A DNA stretch of 64,000 nt, from the NCBI GenBank assembly GCA_025603075.1, contig MU626345.1:21856-85855 (forward strand), read 5' to 3'. The stretch's first letter is position 1; every line of letters begins with the position of its first letter. A model generated the notes under the pieces. That model made no database searches, was not told the DNA's origin, and saw nothing but the letters and a program-made list of their open reading frames with translations. This document shows positions 1 through 10,524 of this stretch, one piece after another. Made by a program: the position numbers and the translations under genes. Origin of the DNA: Neoconidiobolus thromboides FSU 785 (taxonomy: Eukaryota; Fungi; Entomophthoromycota).

Positions 1-12
1 CTAATGTGTTAG

Positions 13-689
13 AAGGTTTTATTTGGTTTTTACTCCCAGTTTCTTTAGTCATCGTTAATGATATTGGTGCTTATATGGCTGGTTTCTTTTTTGGACGTAC
101 CCCATTAATTGAGTTATCACCTAAGAAAACTTGGGAAGGCTTCATTGGTGGTTTAATTGTCACTGTATTGTTCGGATTTGGGTTTTCTTATCTCATCTCC
201 CTATCAAATTATTTAATTTGTCCTATTCATGATCTAACTGTTACTTTCTTTAGTACAAATACTTGCACTTTGAACCCTGTATTTTTACCTGCAACCTATA
301 GGCTACCAGAGTTTATTTCGAGCTATATAGGTATTTCTTCATTAACATTTAAGCCAATCTTATTACACTCTCTTGTTATGGCTATCTTTGCCTCCCTTAT
401 TGCACCCTTTGGGGGTTTTTTTGCATCTGGATTTAAAAGAGCATTTAATATCAAAGATTTTGCTAATGTTATTCCAGGTCATGGTGGTTTAACAGATCGA
501 TTTGATTGTCAATTTCTTATGGGCGTATTTTCTTACTTCTATTACTCTTCATTTATAAAGATTGGGCGCTTGGAAGTGGATGGATTATTTGATGCCATAG
601 TTTATAAGTTAACAGCAGATCAACAGATATTTTTATTTAATAAGCTTCAAGAGTATTTAGTTAGTCAAAATATTATAAATGTAAATTAA
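13..689 (+). CDS. CDS1: Phosphatidate cytidylyltransferase (CDP-DAG synthase), last exon; gene starts upstream of the window
   Basis: NDIGAY..G..FGRTPLI.LSPKKTWEGFIGG and PGHGGLTDRFDCQ motifs. Branch/acceptor ctaat..ttag at 1-12. Confidence 0.93.
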
Positions 690-1424
690 TAGAATGAGGT
701 GGTGATATTAAATATAAAAAATATAATGTTATTATTTTGTTAGCCAAGTTATTATGGGATCCAATTATGCTTTTTAAATTTTAATAAAGATTTAATATAT
801 ATTATACTTATTAAATAACTATTTATTATTTTATTTATTATTAATCTATAATCATTATTACCAGAAGTATATTATTTTATTAATCCTGAAACAATTAATT
901 TCATATTTAATTTTATGATCAAAAATCAAAAAACCTTGAAAAGGTCTTAAATTTAAAATTTGTCTAGTTGTTTTTAGTTAAAAATTAAAACAAGTCTTAA
1001 GTTTTTTGTTTATCGTTTTTATAAAATGTGTTGTCGTATTTTGCAAAAAATAAGAAATTTATAAATTAAATTATGCAAGCACACATAATAAACATTCATA
1101 AAGAGCATTAATTCATAAATCTAATGCCAAGAAACTAATATCTAGAAGAAATATTAATATAAAATAAATTAATTTATACTTTATCATTAAGTATATTAAT
1201 TACAGTTTTTATAGTCCTTAAACTTTATTAGAAAACTTCGTTTCAAATTTTAATAGCAGTTAAAACTAGTCAGCTACTATTTTTAATTATTTGATAATCT
1301 CATTCAAACCTCAATCAATTTTTTCATCCATTCAACCCTAAACCTTTGTAAGTAATTAAGGTATATAAATAGTGTCATAAATACAATAAACAAATTTCAT
1401 TTTTATTCAATATAATAATTTAAA

Positions 1425-2587
1425 ATGATGAATTTGGCATTAATAGTAATAATATTAATATTTAATCTCATCTCAATTTCCAGTACTATAATTAAAAAAC
1501 GAGACAACAAAGTGAGCATCAAGCTCGATTTAATCGGTAAAAATGGGTATTATTATGGTGAGATAGGGCTTGGGACTCCAGCCCAAAAGTTTCGAGTTAT
1601 TTTTGATACCGGTTCTTCCGACTTATGGGTAGCCTCAAAAAATCAATTAACTTCAAATGTCAACTCAGCTATCCTTCATAATTATTACAACTCTGGTTCT
1701 TCCAACTCATTTCTAAATTTGAAAAAACCTTTTTCAATTCAGTATGGCTCTGGAGGAGTGATTGGCCAAGAAAGTATGGATATATTAACAGTTGGTAAGG
1801 TAGCGATTGCTAATCAAACATTTGGAATAAGCAATAGTGACAAGATACTCAATGGCGATTTTGATGGCATTATGGGATTAGGATATCCAGATTTAAGCCA
1901 TAACAAAATAGCCTCTCCATTTCAAAGTATGGTAGAAAATGAGATATTAATACAAAACAAGTTGTCATATTATATTAATAAAGATCAAAAAAGCGGAGAG
2001 ATCTTATTTGGAGATATTAATAAAAAGAAATTTAAAGGGGATTTGGTTTATTCCAAGGTTAATGAACAGAAATATTGGCAGGTGGATTTGTCGAAGTTGA
2101 ATATTAATCAAAAAGGTTATAATTTGAGTGCTTCTAGTGCTGCTATCGATACCGGAACTTCCTACTTTGTTTTACCCACCAAAGATGCAGCTTTAGTTAA
2201 TTCAAAATTAAATTCAGCATTAACCCCTAATAACGAAGGGTTTTACTCTATCTCTTGTGATATTAATAGTTTACCAACACTTAAATTTCAGCTTGGAAAT
2301 TATAATGTTGCATTGGAACCCAATGATTATATTATAAAGTCATCGCCAGTTTTATGTTATTCACCGTTTTTAAGTAATGACAAAGTAAGTTTTTATTATA
2401 AGTATGAGCATCAATAGTTGTTTATATCACCAATTTTAGATTAATATATGGGTACTTGGCAATACATTAATTAAGAAATATTATACAGTATTTGATTTGG
2501 AAGAAAACCAAGTTGGATTTGGTAAGTTTAAATTTAATCCTTGTATATCCAAATATTAACCCTTCCATTATAGCATTGGCTACATGA
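1425..2587 (+). CDS. Secreted pepsin-like (A1) aspartic protease, 3 exons (1425-2384, 2440-2521, 2574-2587)
   Basis: Signal peptide, two catalytic motifs (VIFDTGSSDLWV, AAIDTGTSY) and flap QYGSG. Splicing at GTAAGT donors 2385 and 2522 gives the expected C-terminus WVLGNTLIKKYYTVFD...VGFALAT*. Confidence 0.92.
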
Positions 2588-2817
2588 GTTTTGTATATTT
2601 TCAAAAGTTTATAATAAAAATTTATTGGTATTTTTACTACTTAAGCATATTAATTCATTTTAATTTATCTAAAAAGTTTTATTTAACTTTACTGAAATAA
2701 GAATAAGAACAGAGCAAGTAAACATTTTCTGCATAAAAAGATATTCATATAATAATTCAAATCATCTTTTAGTTTACTTTTAGATTAAAAAATAGTTAAG
2801 CTTAAAAGAGAACATAT

Positions 2818-2919
2818 GGGAATCTATTTTTTTGTTTAAGAATCTTACTACCTTTCTCCTCAAATAGTGCTTAAAAAAAGGAAAAAGGAAAAAGTAATGA
2901 ATCAAAAAAAAACATCCCT
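2818..2919 (+). mobile_element. MITE copy 1
   Basis: ATAT[GGGAATCT...ACATCCCT]ATAT; internal sequence matches the other copies. Confidence 0.85.
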
Positions 2920-3191
2920 ATATGGAAATAGGAATAAGACCAGATTCAATAAATTTAGATCATTATAATAAACAAGCTATATCAGTATTAGGCTTTGGTG
3001 TATTATATTTAAAAGATGATAAAACAATAGGCAAAGTTTACTTTGATTATTTATCTGAAGTATCAAATCATGATTCAGTATATACAGGAGATTGTTTAGG
3101 TTCACAAAAATTAATATATGGGTAGATGCAAGAAACCATTTTAAATCTCAAGAGTTTTTAATTTATATTTAAAGAAATTCCTAAAATAGAT

Positions 3192-3294
3192 GGGGATGAC
3201 TTTTTTGGTTTCATTACTTTTTCCATTTTTCTGAGCGCCATTTATTTGAGCGATAAAATTGCTAATAAAATTCTCAAACAAAAAATACATCCCC
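3192..3294 (-). mobile_element. MITE copy 2 (AGAT target duplication)
   Basis: AGAT[GGGGATG...CATCCCC]AGAT. Confidence 0.9.
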
Positions 3295-3972
3295 AGATAG
3301 TAATTTAAATATTGATCTTGGTTTTTTTGCTGAACATCATAGAAAAAGTATAGCTGATGGACATTTTGGAAACCTTTCAAAATGGAAAAGTAGCTTTGAA
3401 GCACTAGGTAAAATAGAATATATCGATCAATTAATTTTAAGATCTGAGGCTTTTATTTGTGAACATAATAAAATTAATACTTCAACTATTAATAATAAGA
3501 AAACGGATATAATTTTTAAAAAGCGTGAAAGAAACAAAAACACAAAAAAATAATAGAAATATAAGGCATTAAGAAGTATTTACACTTTATTAAACGTAAT
3601 GACAAACTACATTGCTATCCAGTATCTAATAGATAAAAAAAGCAATATAGTTCTAATTAAAGTTATAGAATCTATAGGAAACAGAAAAATCAAAAGACCA
3701 ACCTCAGCTTATCTTACGAAAATAACAGAGAATTTAAAAATTTCAATATTTACTAAGCAAGTAAGTAGTTTGCTAAATGATAGAAATAGATTATTAAATA
3801 TTATATTGCTTAAGTTATTAACAGCTAAGTCAATAAATAGCCAAAGAACAAGTAATTATTGTAATGTGTAAAAATTATTATTATATCATTTGTATCATAT
3901 ATGGATGGTTAATTATAGTTTTAAGGCTAACTATTCCGTCCCATGCAGCTCTTTATTAACTTAGTAATATAT

Positions 3973-4070
3973 GGGGATGTGTTTTCTAGTTTCATTACTT
4001 TTCCATTTTTCAAACGTTATTTAAGTGGAAAAACTGCTAGTAAAATTCTTAAACGAAAAAATACATCCTC
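3973..4070 (-). mobile_element. MITE copy 3
   Basis: ATAT[GGGGATGT...ACATCCTC]ATAT. Confidence 0.88.
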
Positions 4071-4542
4071 ATATTAATAATGTAACTATAACATTAAAAG
4101 GGTTTATTTGTTTGATAGTAAATATCCAATGTTGGTTGTAAAGCAGTCGATAATAAATACTCCTCAATAAAGTTTTATAAGAATATGTATTTATTTACAT
4201 ACTACAACTTTGATTAATATTAATATATATATTATATTAGTAAAAGCCTTGTTAATCTGTGAATTTTTATTAGATCTAGTAAAAACTCAGCTAACTTACA
4301 ATATAAACTATAATTTAATAACTTAAAACTGTGCCAGATACTTTTACTTTTTAATAAAAAAGTTTGTCTATAGAATTTTAAGCAAAGTTTTAAAATACAA
4401 AATATTTAAAAATTGGATAAAAAAACGAAACTAATTTAGATATCCCTTATGTTTTATTTACCTTATATATTTATCACCTAATCAGATAATTTGAACAATA
4501 ATTTTTTATACTAAAAAAATTAGATTTACTTAAAAAATATAT

Positions 4543-4584
4543 GGGATATCTTTCTGGCTTCATTACTTTTTCCACTTTTTAAGC
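4543..4584 (-). mobile_element. MITE copy 4 (partial, one end only)
   Basis: ATAT-GGGATATCTTTCTGGCTTCATTACTTTTTCCACTTTTTAAGC matches one half of the consensus. Confidence 0.65.
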
Positions 4585-4933
4585 AAAAAGAATGCCAATG
4601 TAAAAAACTCTGATAAAGCAACATCAATAATTTTTGTATTAAATTTACAGCAACAGTTCTATTGCAATCTAACAATTGTTTATTTAAGAATAAAATTATA
4701 TTAAAATCAGCTAAAATCTATAGCTTAGGCATTAAAAATACAAAACAAACAAACGGGTGATTAAAAACTACTGTAAATTGAGTCGAAGTAGGGCTGCTAT
4801 AACTATATAAAAATACATCAATTTGTCTTTATATATGCGCTTTAGTATAAATGTAATATTTCTAGATTGTTTATTAAAATTAGATATAAAATAAAATAAA
4901 TTTTATAAAGATAATCATAAAAAAGCTGTTTAT

Positions 4934-6646
4934 TTATTCAGTTTTAGTTTTAGTAAATACTTGCTTATACAGTTTATACACAACTTTTGATAAAAAATAT
5001 AAAGAATATAAAAATAACAAAAGCCCTGACATCAGTGATAAAATAGCAGCACCATAGATATCAATACCTTTAGCTTGTATAAAGGACATTTGATTTGATA
5101 TTGGAATAAGATGTTTGACTTCACAAGGTGGTAAATCGGAATTAGGATTATAAGGTTCATATTTTCTACATGATTTAGCAGTGTAAGCATGTTGTTCAAA
5201 TAAGTTAACTGCATAGTCGAGCCTTCTTGAATTGTGATGAGAGATGGTCTTCATCCTTGACAGGTTCGATTTGAATTTATCATCTTTGTCCTCAATAATG
5301 GTCTTAAATTGTTCCTTTAAAGATTCAGGTGTAAAGTCATCTTTATTAACAAATAGTCCAGTTCCAGCTTCTTCTAATTTATGTGCATTCCTTAGTTGAT
5401 CCCCAAACAATGCCAAACACAATGTTGGAGTTCCTGAGTAAATAGCTTCAAAAGTGGATTCTAATCCACCATGAGATATGAATAATTTAGTATTTTTATG
5501 ATTTAAAATTGAAACTTGTGGCGCCCAAGATAATAGTTTAATTTTATCATTTTTTCCTTCAAATAAATCTTGTACTTTTAACTTTCTTCCTTTACCATCA
5601 CTCACTTCTATTGGGAAATCATCTTGGTTAGTACGTCCCAATCCCCATACTACTCCATCAATCATACCTTTCTCAATAGCTAACAAAGATCCCTCTAAAA
5701 TTCGCTTTGTCAACTTATCATTTAATACCGAATTCGAACCAAATGCAACAAATAAAACATTTTGATTGTTGTTTAAAAAGACATCTAATTCAGGTGTTAA
5801 ACTGTCTTTGTTTTCTGATACAATTGGCCCGACATTAATTAAATTTGGAATCAAATTGGAAGCTGGCTCAAATCCAATAAAAGTATTTGCAATATTTATT
5901 CCATAATTTAATCCTGCATGTATTCTGGTATTAGATGGAATTCCATACTTTACTCTTATCTTATTTTCCATATGATTAATTTGGGATAAATAGTATATGC
6001 TAATTATTGGTTTTATGATTTGAGAATAGAAGCGTTCAACAAAAGACATATCTTTAGTATAAATTGGTCCATATTCAAATCCCATGGTAATAAATGGCTC
6101 CATAGTTAATCCTACACCATCAGTAGTTTGATATCCAGTAATCAAAGGAATCCCTAAATGTTTCGCTAAATCTATACAAGAATGTGCAAAGAAATCACAA
6201 ACCAAAAGATCTGGTTTGGTTTCCATAATGTAATCTTTGAAATTCTGAAAGGTAAGGTCGTAGTTTCTAGCAAAGAGTGGTCCAAATGTCTTTTTCATTA
6301 TTTTAGCAGAATCCTCTGTACTCTTTTCTAAAATACGCTTTTTCATCATATTTCTCATTTTGTCTTCATCAAGGAGTCCGCCACCCAAAGAGTAATTCCC
6401 AATGTTATATTCTTTGGTAAATCTGATATTTTCTTCTAATGTTGCGTAAGTTACTTTGTGTCCTCTATGTGCTAGTTGGTTTCCTATTTCTAATATAGAT
6501 TTAATATGACTTCTTCCTCCAAATGCTGAATGTACTACAATATTCAATTTGGAACTTGTATTTAAATCAAATACTTGTCCTTTACCAGCGAGCCCATTTA
6601 GCCCATCTAATAATCCAGTACCAAATATAAGTGGCAATAATTTCAT
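4934..6646 (-). CDS. UDP-glucuronosyl/glucosyltransferase (GT1/UDPGT), membrane-anchored, intronless
   Basis: GGRSH N-terminal motif, WAPQVSILNH...FISHGGLESTFEAIYSGTPTLCLALFGDQ sugar-binding signature, C-terminal TM helix and terminal KTKTE. Confidence 0.93.
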   Translation of the reverse strand: MKLLPLIFGTGLLDGLNGLAGKGQVFDLNTSSKLNIVVHSAFGGRSHIKSILEIGNQLAHRGHKVTYATLEENIRFTKEYNIGNYSLGGGLLDEDKMRNMMKKRILEKSTEDSAKIMKKTFGPLFARNYDLTFQNFKDYIMETKPDLLVCDFFAHSCIDLAKHLGIPLITGYQTTDGVGLTMEPFITMGFEYGPIYTKDMSFVERFYSQIIKPIISIYYLSQINHMENKIRVKYGIPSNTRIHAGLNYGINIANTFIGFEPASNLIPNLINVGPIVSENKDSLTPELDVFLNNNQNVLFVAFGSNSVLNDKLTKRILEGSLLAIEKGMIDGVVWGLGRTNQDDFPIEVSDGKGRKLKVQDLFEGKNDKIKLLSWAPQVSILNHKNTKLFISHGGLESTFEAIYSGTPTLCLALFGDQLRNAHKLEEAGTGLFVNKDDFTPESLKEQFKTIIEDKDDKFKSNLSRMKTISHHNSRRLDYAVNLFEQHAYTAKSCRKYEPYNPNSDLPPCEVKHLIPISNQMSFIQAKGIDIYGAAILSLMSGLLLFLYSLYFLSKVVYKLYKQVFTKTKTE

Positions 6647-7404
6647 TTTCCAATAAATATTTAATTAAATTGTTTAAATTTTACTTTTATCCTTCATTTT
6701 TATTTTTTAGCCATTTTATACAATTTCTTTGATTTGTAATACTCAATTATCTAATCCGCTAAGCCTTGATATTGAATTTTGGGCTATGATCAGATAGCTG
6801 GCATTAAAATTAGTCAATCATTATTCAACCTTAACAATTGAATTAGTGAATGCAACAATGTAATTATGTTTCAATACTTTTTTGAAACTATCATTATTTC
6901 TATTTATGTATAATTTACCTTAGCTTTGATTAGCAATTCAATTTTTAAAAGAAAGGACTGTATTAATGGGATAACATGGTATTAAGTCTATAAATTATTG
7001 ATAAAAAAGCATACTGTGTTTACATAAATGCAGAATCTTTGCCTTTATTGTCTAAAAAGTATGGAATTACTAGTTCAACAGATAAAGTATTATTTATGTT
7101 GAAATAAGATTTGAGTTGAGCTCCAAGATTTTAGTGAAAATACGTCGGGTTAAAACCCAATCTTAAAAATAGCTTAAACTCAAAAAATTTGTCTATTATT
7201 GAGTAAATCGAATTTTTATTATTTCTAAATTAAACTTTACTATCTACTTTAACTATAATCTTGAACTTCTATTAACACAAATAAATTAGCTAACTCCATC
7301 AAATCCGTTTTGTTATATTTTTATGCCCTTGAAGTTTGATTAGTAAGCTTATAATCAAAGCTCCTTAATTCATGTTAATAAATAGACAGATAGTTTTAAA
7401 ATAT

Positions 7405-7503
7405 GGGAATGTACTGTATTTGAGAATTTTACTAGCAATTTTTCCGCTTAAATAAATAGCGCTTAAAAAATGGAAAAAGTGATGAAATAAAGAAAACATC
7501 CCT
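7405..7503 (+). mobile_element. MITE copy 5
   Basis: ATAT-GGGAATGT...AAAACATCCCT; consensus core TTTCCGCTTAAATAAATAGCGCTTAAA. Confidence 0.82.
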
Positions 7504-7574
7504 AATAGTGCAATCGATTTAGAATTTTTTTAATTTACTGTAAAAACTTTTATCACTTAGTTATAAAGAATATT

Positions 7575-7673
7575 GGGGATGATTTTTTTGGTTTCATTAC
7601 TTTTTTCATTTTTTAAGCACTGTTTATTTGAGCAGAAAAATTACTAGTAAAATTCTCAAAAAAAATACATCCC
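7575..7673 (-). mobile_element. MITE copy 6
   Basis: GGGGATG...ATACATCCC in reverse orientation, 71 bp from copy 5. Confidence 0.82.
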
Positions 7674-8097
7674 AATTATTTTCTTTTTTTTGATATCCAT
7701 ACTTGATAACCATAATAAAAAATAACTGTCATCATATTTTATATATATAGTCACACAGTTAAAATATGAAAAAAAATCCATAATAAACTAAGCTTAACTA
7801 AATTATTTCCTGACATTATACTTTTAATAAAGGTATTGTTTTTCTGATAGTGTTTATATAAATCTTATAATAATATCTTTTTATTTTACTTGTTTTATAT
7901 AGTTTATGTTTATTATATACTATTTTTTATAGTTCAAGTTTATTTTAGTTATATAAAATATGACTTTTTGACTTATAACTATTGATTAAGCAAAAACTGC
8001 TTTTAACTTTAATTATTGAACACTAGCTTTTATAAAAGTGTTTAAAGTTTTTATGAGTATTTTTAAAGCAATATAACTTCAAAAAAATACAATTAAT

Positions 8098-8180
8098 GGG
8101 GGATCTATTTTTGTGTTTAAGAATTTTGCTATTTTCCGCTTAAAATATGGAAATAGTGATGAAGTCAAAAAATATCCTTT
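8098..8180 (+). mobile_element. MITE copy 7 (internally deleted)
   Basis: GGGGGATCTATTTTTGTGTTTAAGAATTTT...GATGAAGTCAAAAAATATCC. Confidence 0.72.
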
Positions 8181-8400
8181 AGTAAATATAATTTAAAATA
8201 GTCTATTTTTTTATTAGCTTTGGTTTTTATATTTGTAATACCAAAATATTAAAGTTAATAAAATAAGATAGTTTAAAATAAACTTTTTTGAGCTTTTAAA
8301 TAATTTTAGTTTTAATATTTTAATATGTAAAGATTAAAATAAAAGTTGCTACTTTATAGCTTATCGTTTAAATATACATTTGACTAAAAAAATGTTATAT

Positions 8401-8498
8401 GGGGATGTATTTTTGTACCCAGGAATTTTGCTAACAAATTTTCCGCTTAAATAACGTTTAAAAAGTAGAAAAATAATGAAGTCAAAAAAAACACTCCC
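8401..8498 (+). mobile_element. MITE copy 8
   Basis: ATAT[GGGGATGT...ACACTCCC]ATAT. Confidence 0.9.
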
Positions 8499-9814
8499 AT
8501 ATAAATTATTTTTATTTGATTTAATGTTTAAAGAACAAAAAGTTAGTACAAAATAACTAGAAAAAAAGTAAAACAAATAAAGAAAAACTAGAAATAATTA
8601 TATATTAGTATATAAAAATTAAATTAAGACATTGTTTACTAAAGCTTATCCATCATATTTAATTAAAAGTTTTATTATGACCAAATTAAACGAGTATACA
8701 CAACTTTATAAAAGCAGATATTCATGTTTTAAAAGTTTAACAAAGCTTTAATTCAATAATATAATGTGACAAAAAAAGCTTTAAAGTATATATTAATGTT
8801 TTTTAAATTAAAAATTACTATAAAAGATTGAATGTTCTTTTTTAATAATCAAAAAATCGAAGATAAATAAATTTGAACTTTTTTTACACTTTTGTTAAAA
8901 TTAATAATATTACTTTTTTACAGTGTCATTAATATAAAGATTTAAGAAATAAATTATAGATTATTTTAAACTATATTTACAAGTTTTATAGTTATCTGCT
9001 CTTTTTGGCAAATTATGTTATTTTGAAAATGTCCAGATAAACTGTGGGCACTCTGTTTCAATATTTCATCACATTATTCATTTAGATCTTAAAGTGTAAA
9101 TAAACAAATAAATAAATAAATTGTATATTAATTATGACGAACATTTTTTCATTAAGAAGATTATGCAATAGATAATGTAATGATAAAAACTTGATATTAA
9201 AAAACAAATTATACTTAATATTATATAATCTGATACCTTATTTTTAGAATATCATTATTCTATAAACTAATTCTAAAAATAAAAAATAAAATCCATTTTT
9301 AAAAGGTTCAGTTTCAAACACTCAAATTCCTTGCATAGTTTTAAAAATACTGGGGACAGAACAAGCAATAAATAATACTATTTTTACTTCATTAATAATT
9401 TACTTAATTTATTACTAAACGGGTATTCTTCTATTAGATAGAAATTAAATATTAAGTCAACAGTCACGAATTTAATAACTTAACAATACAAGCTCAAATA
9501 AACTACATTTAAAACAAATGTCAATAATATAACAATATTGATTATGAGATCACTTAATATTAAATAATGAAATAGTTTCGAATTCAAAGTTTTATTTGAA
9601 ACCAAAAACCACTGAGCATTAAAAGTCACATTAACCACTAGTCTGGGTGTAAAAAAAGTTAAATTTTTTAAAAAAAAGCTCAAAATTTCCAAAAAAAATC
9701 AAAAAAAATCAATTCTTAACTAATCTAATATTATGTTCAGGGGTAAATAAGTGTTCTAAAAAATATATAAATAGTAAATTAAAGCCTTGAACTTTTTTAA
9801 GACACAATTTTAAA

Positions 9815-10414
9815 ATGAAATTTTTGTATTATTTTACCTTCTCTTTATCTTTGAACTTTATAACACCTGCTTCACTTTCATTATCAAAAAGGGAGGATTG
9901 TAAATTATCGAGTTTAACTCCAACAATCCAAGGGAACCCATACTATTCAATTTTACCCTTAGATGCTTGTCCAGTGTGTCCAGAAACAAACAATTGTAAT
10001 GAATGCAAAGTAAAAGTTAGTGATACATTTTCAGTAAGAAACACCCGCTTTTGGTCTAAGATATTACTTGGGTTTACCTTACCAAAAGATAGAAAAATTA
10101 AAAAATGTACTCTTAGCTTAATCCCGGTTGAAAATCAACAATTTCTTTCATCAAACACTTTAGTTGATGTTTATACTACTACTTCTTTTAATGCTGATGT
10201 GGTGACTTGGGATAATAGTCCAAAAGACAATGACTTGATTTCTACTTTTGACACTAAAAATCCAAATCCAATAGATATTACTAAATATTGCCAGGGGGGT
10301 GATGTTTACTTTTCAATTGTTAAAAATGATACCATTGGACCTGAAAATATTTCTTTTTATTCCGCTACTTCTCAAAAACCACCAAAATTAGAAGTGGAGT
10401 ATGAATCTCCTTAA
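9815..10414 (+). CDS. Small secreted Cys-containing protein with a DNRLRE/CBM96-like beta-sandwich domain
   Basis: Signal peptide and KR site, CPVC-x4-CNEC, then ILLGFTLP, CTLSL, VTWDNSP, DIT and FYSATS..PKLEVEY, which resemble the DNRLRE pattern. ORF well supported; domain identity inferred. Confidence 0.6.
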   Translation: MKFLYYFTFSLSLNFITPASLSLSKREDCKLSSLTPTIQGNPYYSILPLDACPVCPETNNCNECKVKVSDTFSVRNTRFWSKILLGFTLPKDRKIKKCTLSLIPVENQQFLSSNTLVDVYTTTSFNADVVTWDNSPKDNDLISTFDTKNPNPIDITKYCQGGDVYFSIVKNDTIGPENISFYSATSQKPPKLEVEYESP

Positions 10415-10524
10415 CTTGTAAAGTTTAAAAAACTGTATATATTGTTTAAAAAAACTAAATAAACCTTTTTTTCTTATAAATTTTATGTCTTTCTAACAAA
10501 TTATTTTATTTCAAATTTTGAATT

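Larger units (their letters stand above)
2700..3720 (+). pseudogene. Decayed Sola-like DD(D) transposase relic interrupted by two MITEs
   Basis: Fragments YNKQAISVLGFG, FDYLSEVSNHDS, INIWVDARNHFKS, FFAEHHRKSIADGHFG and GIKKYLHF occur in the order and spacing I recall for such transposases. Contains stops and frameshifts; boundaries approximate. Confidence 0.65.
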
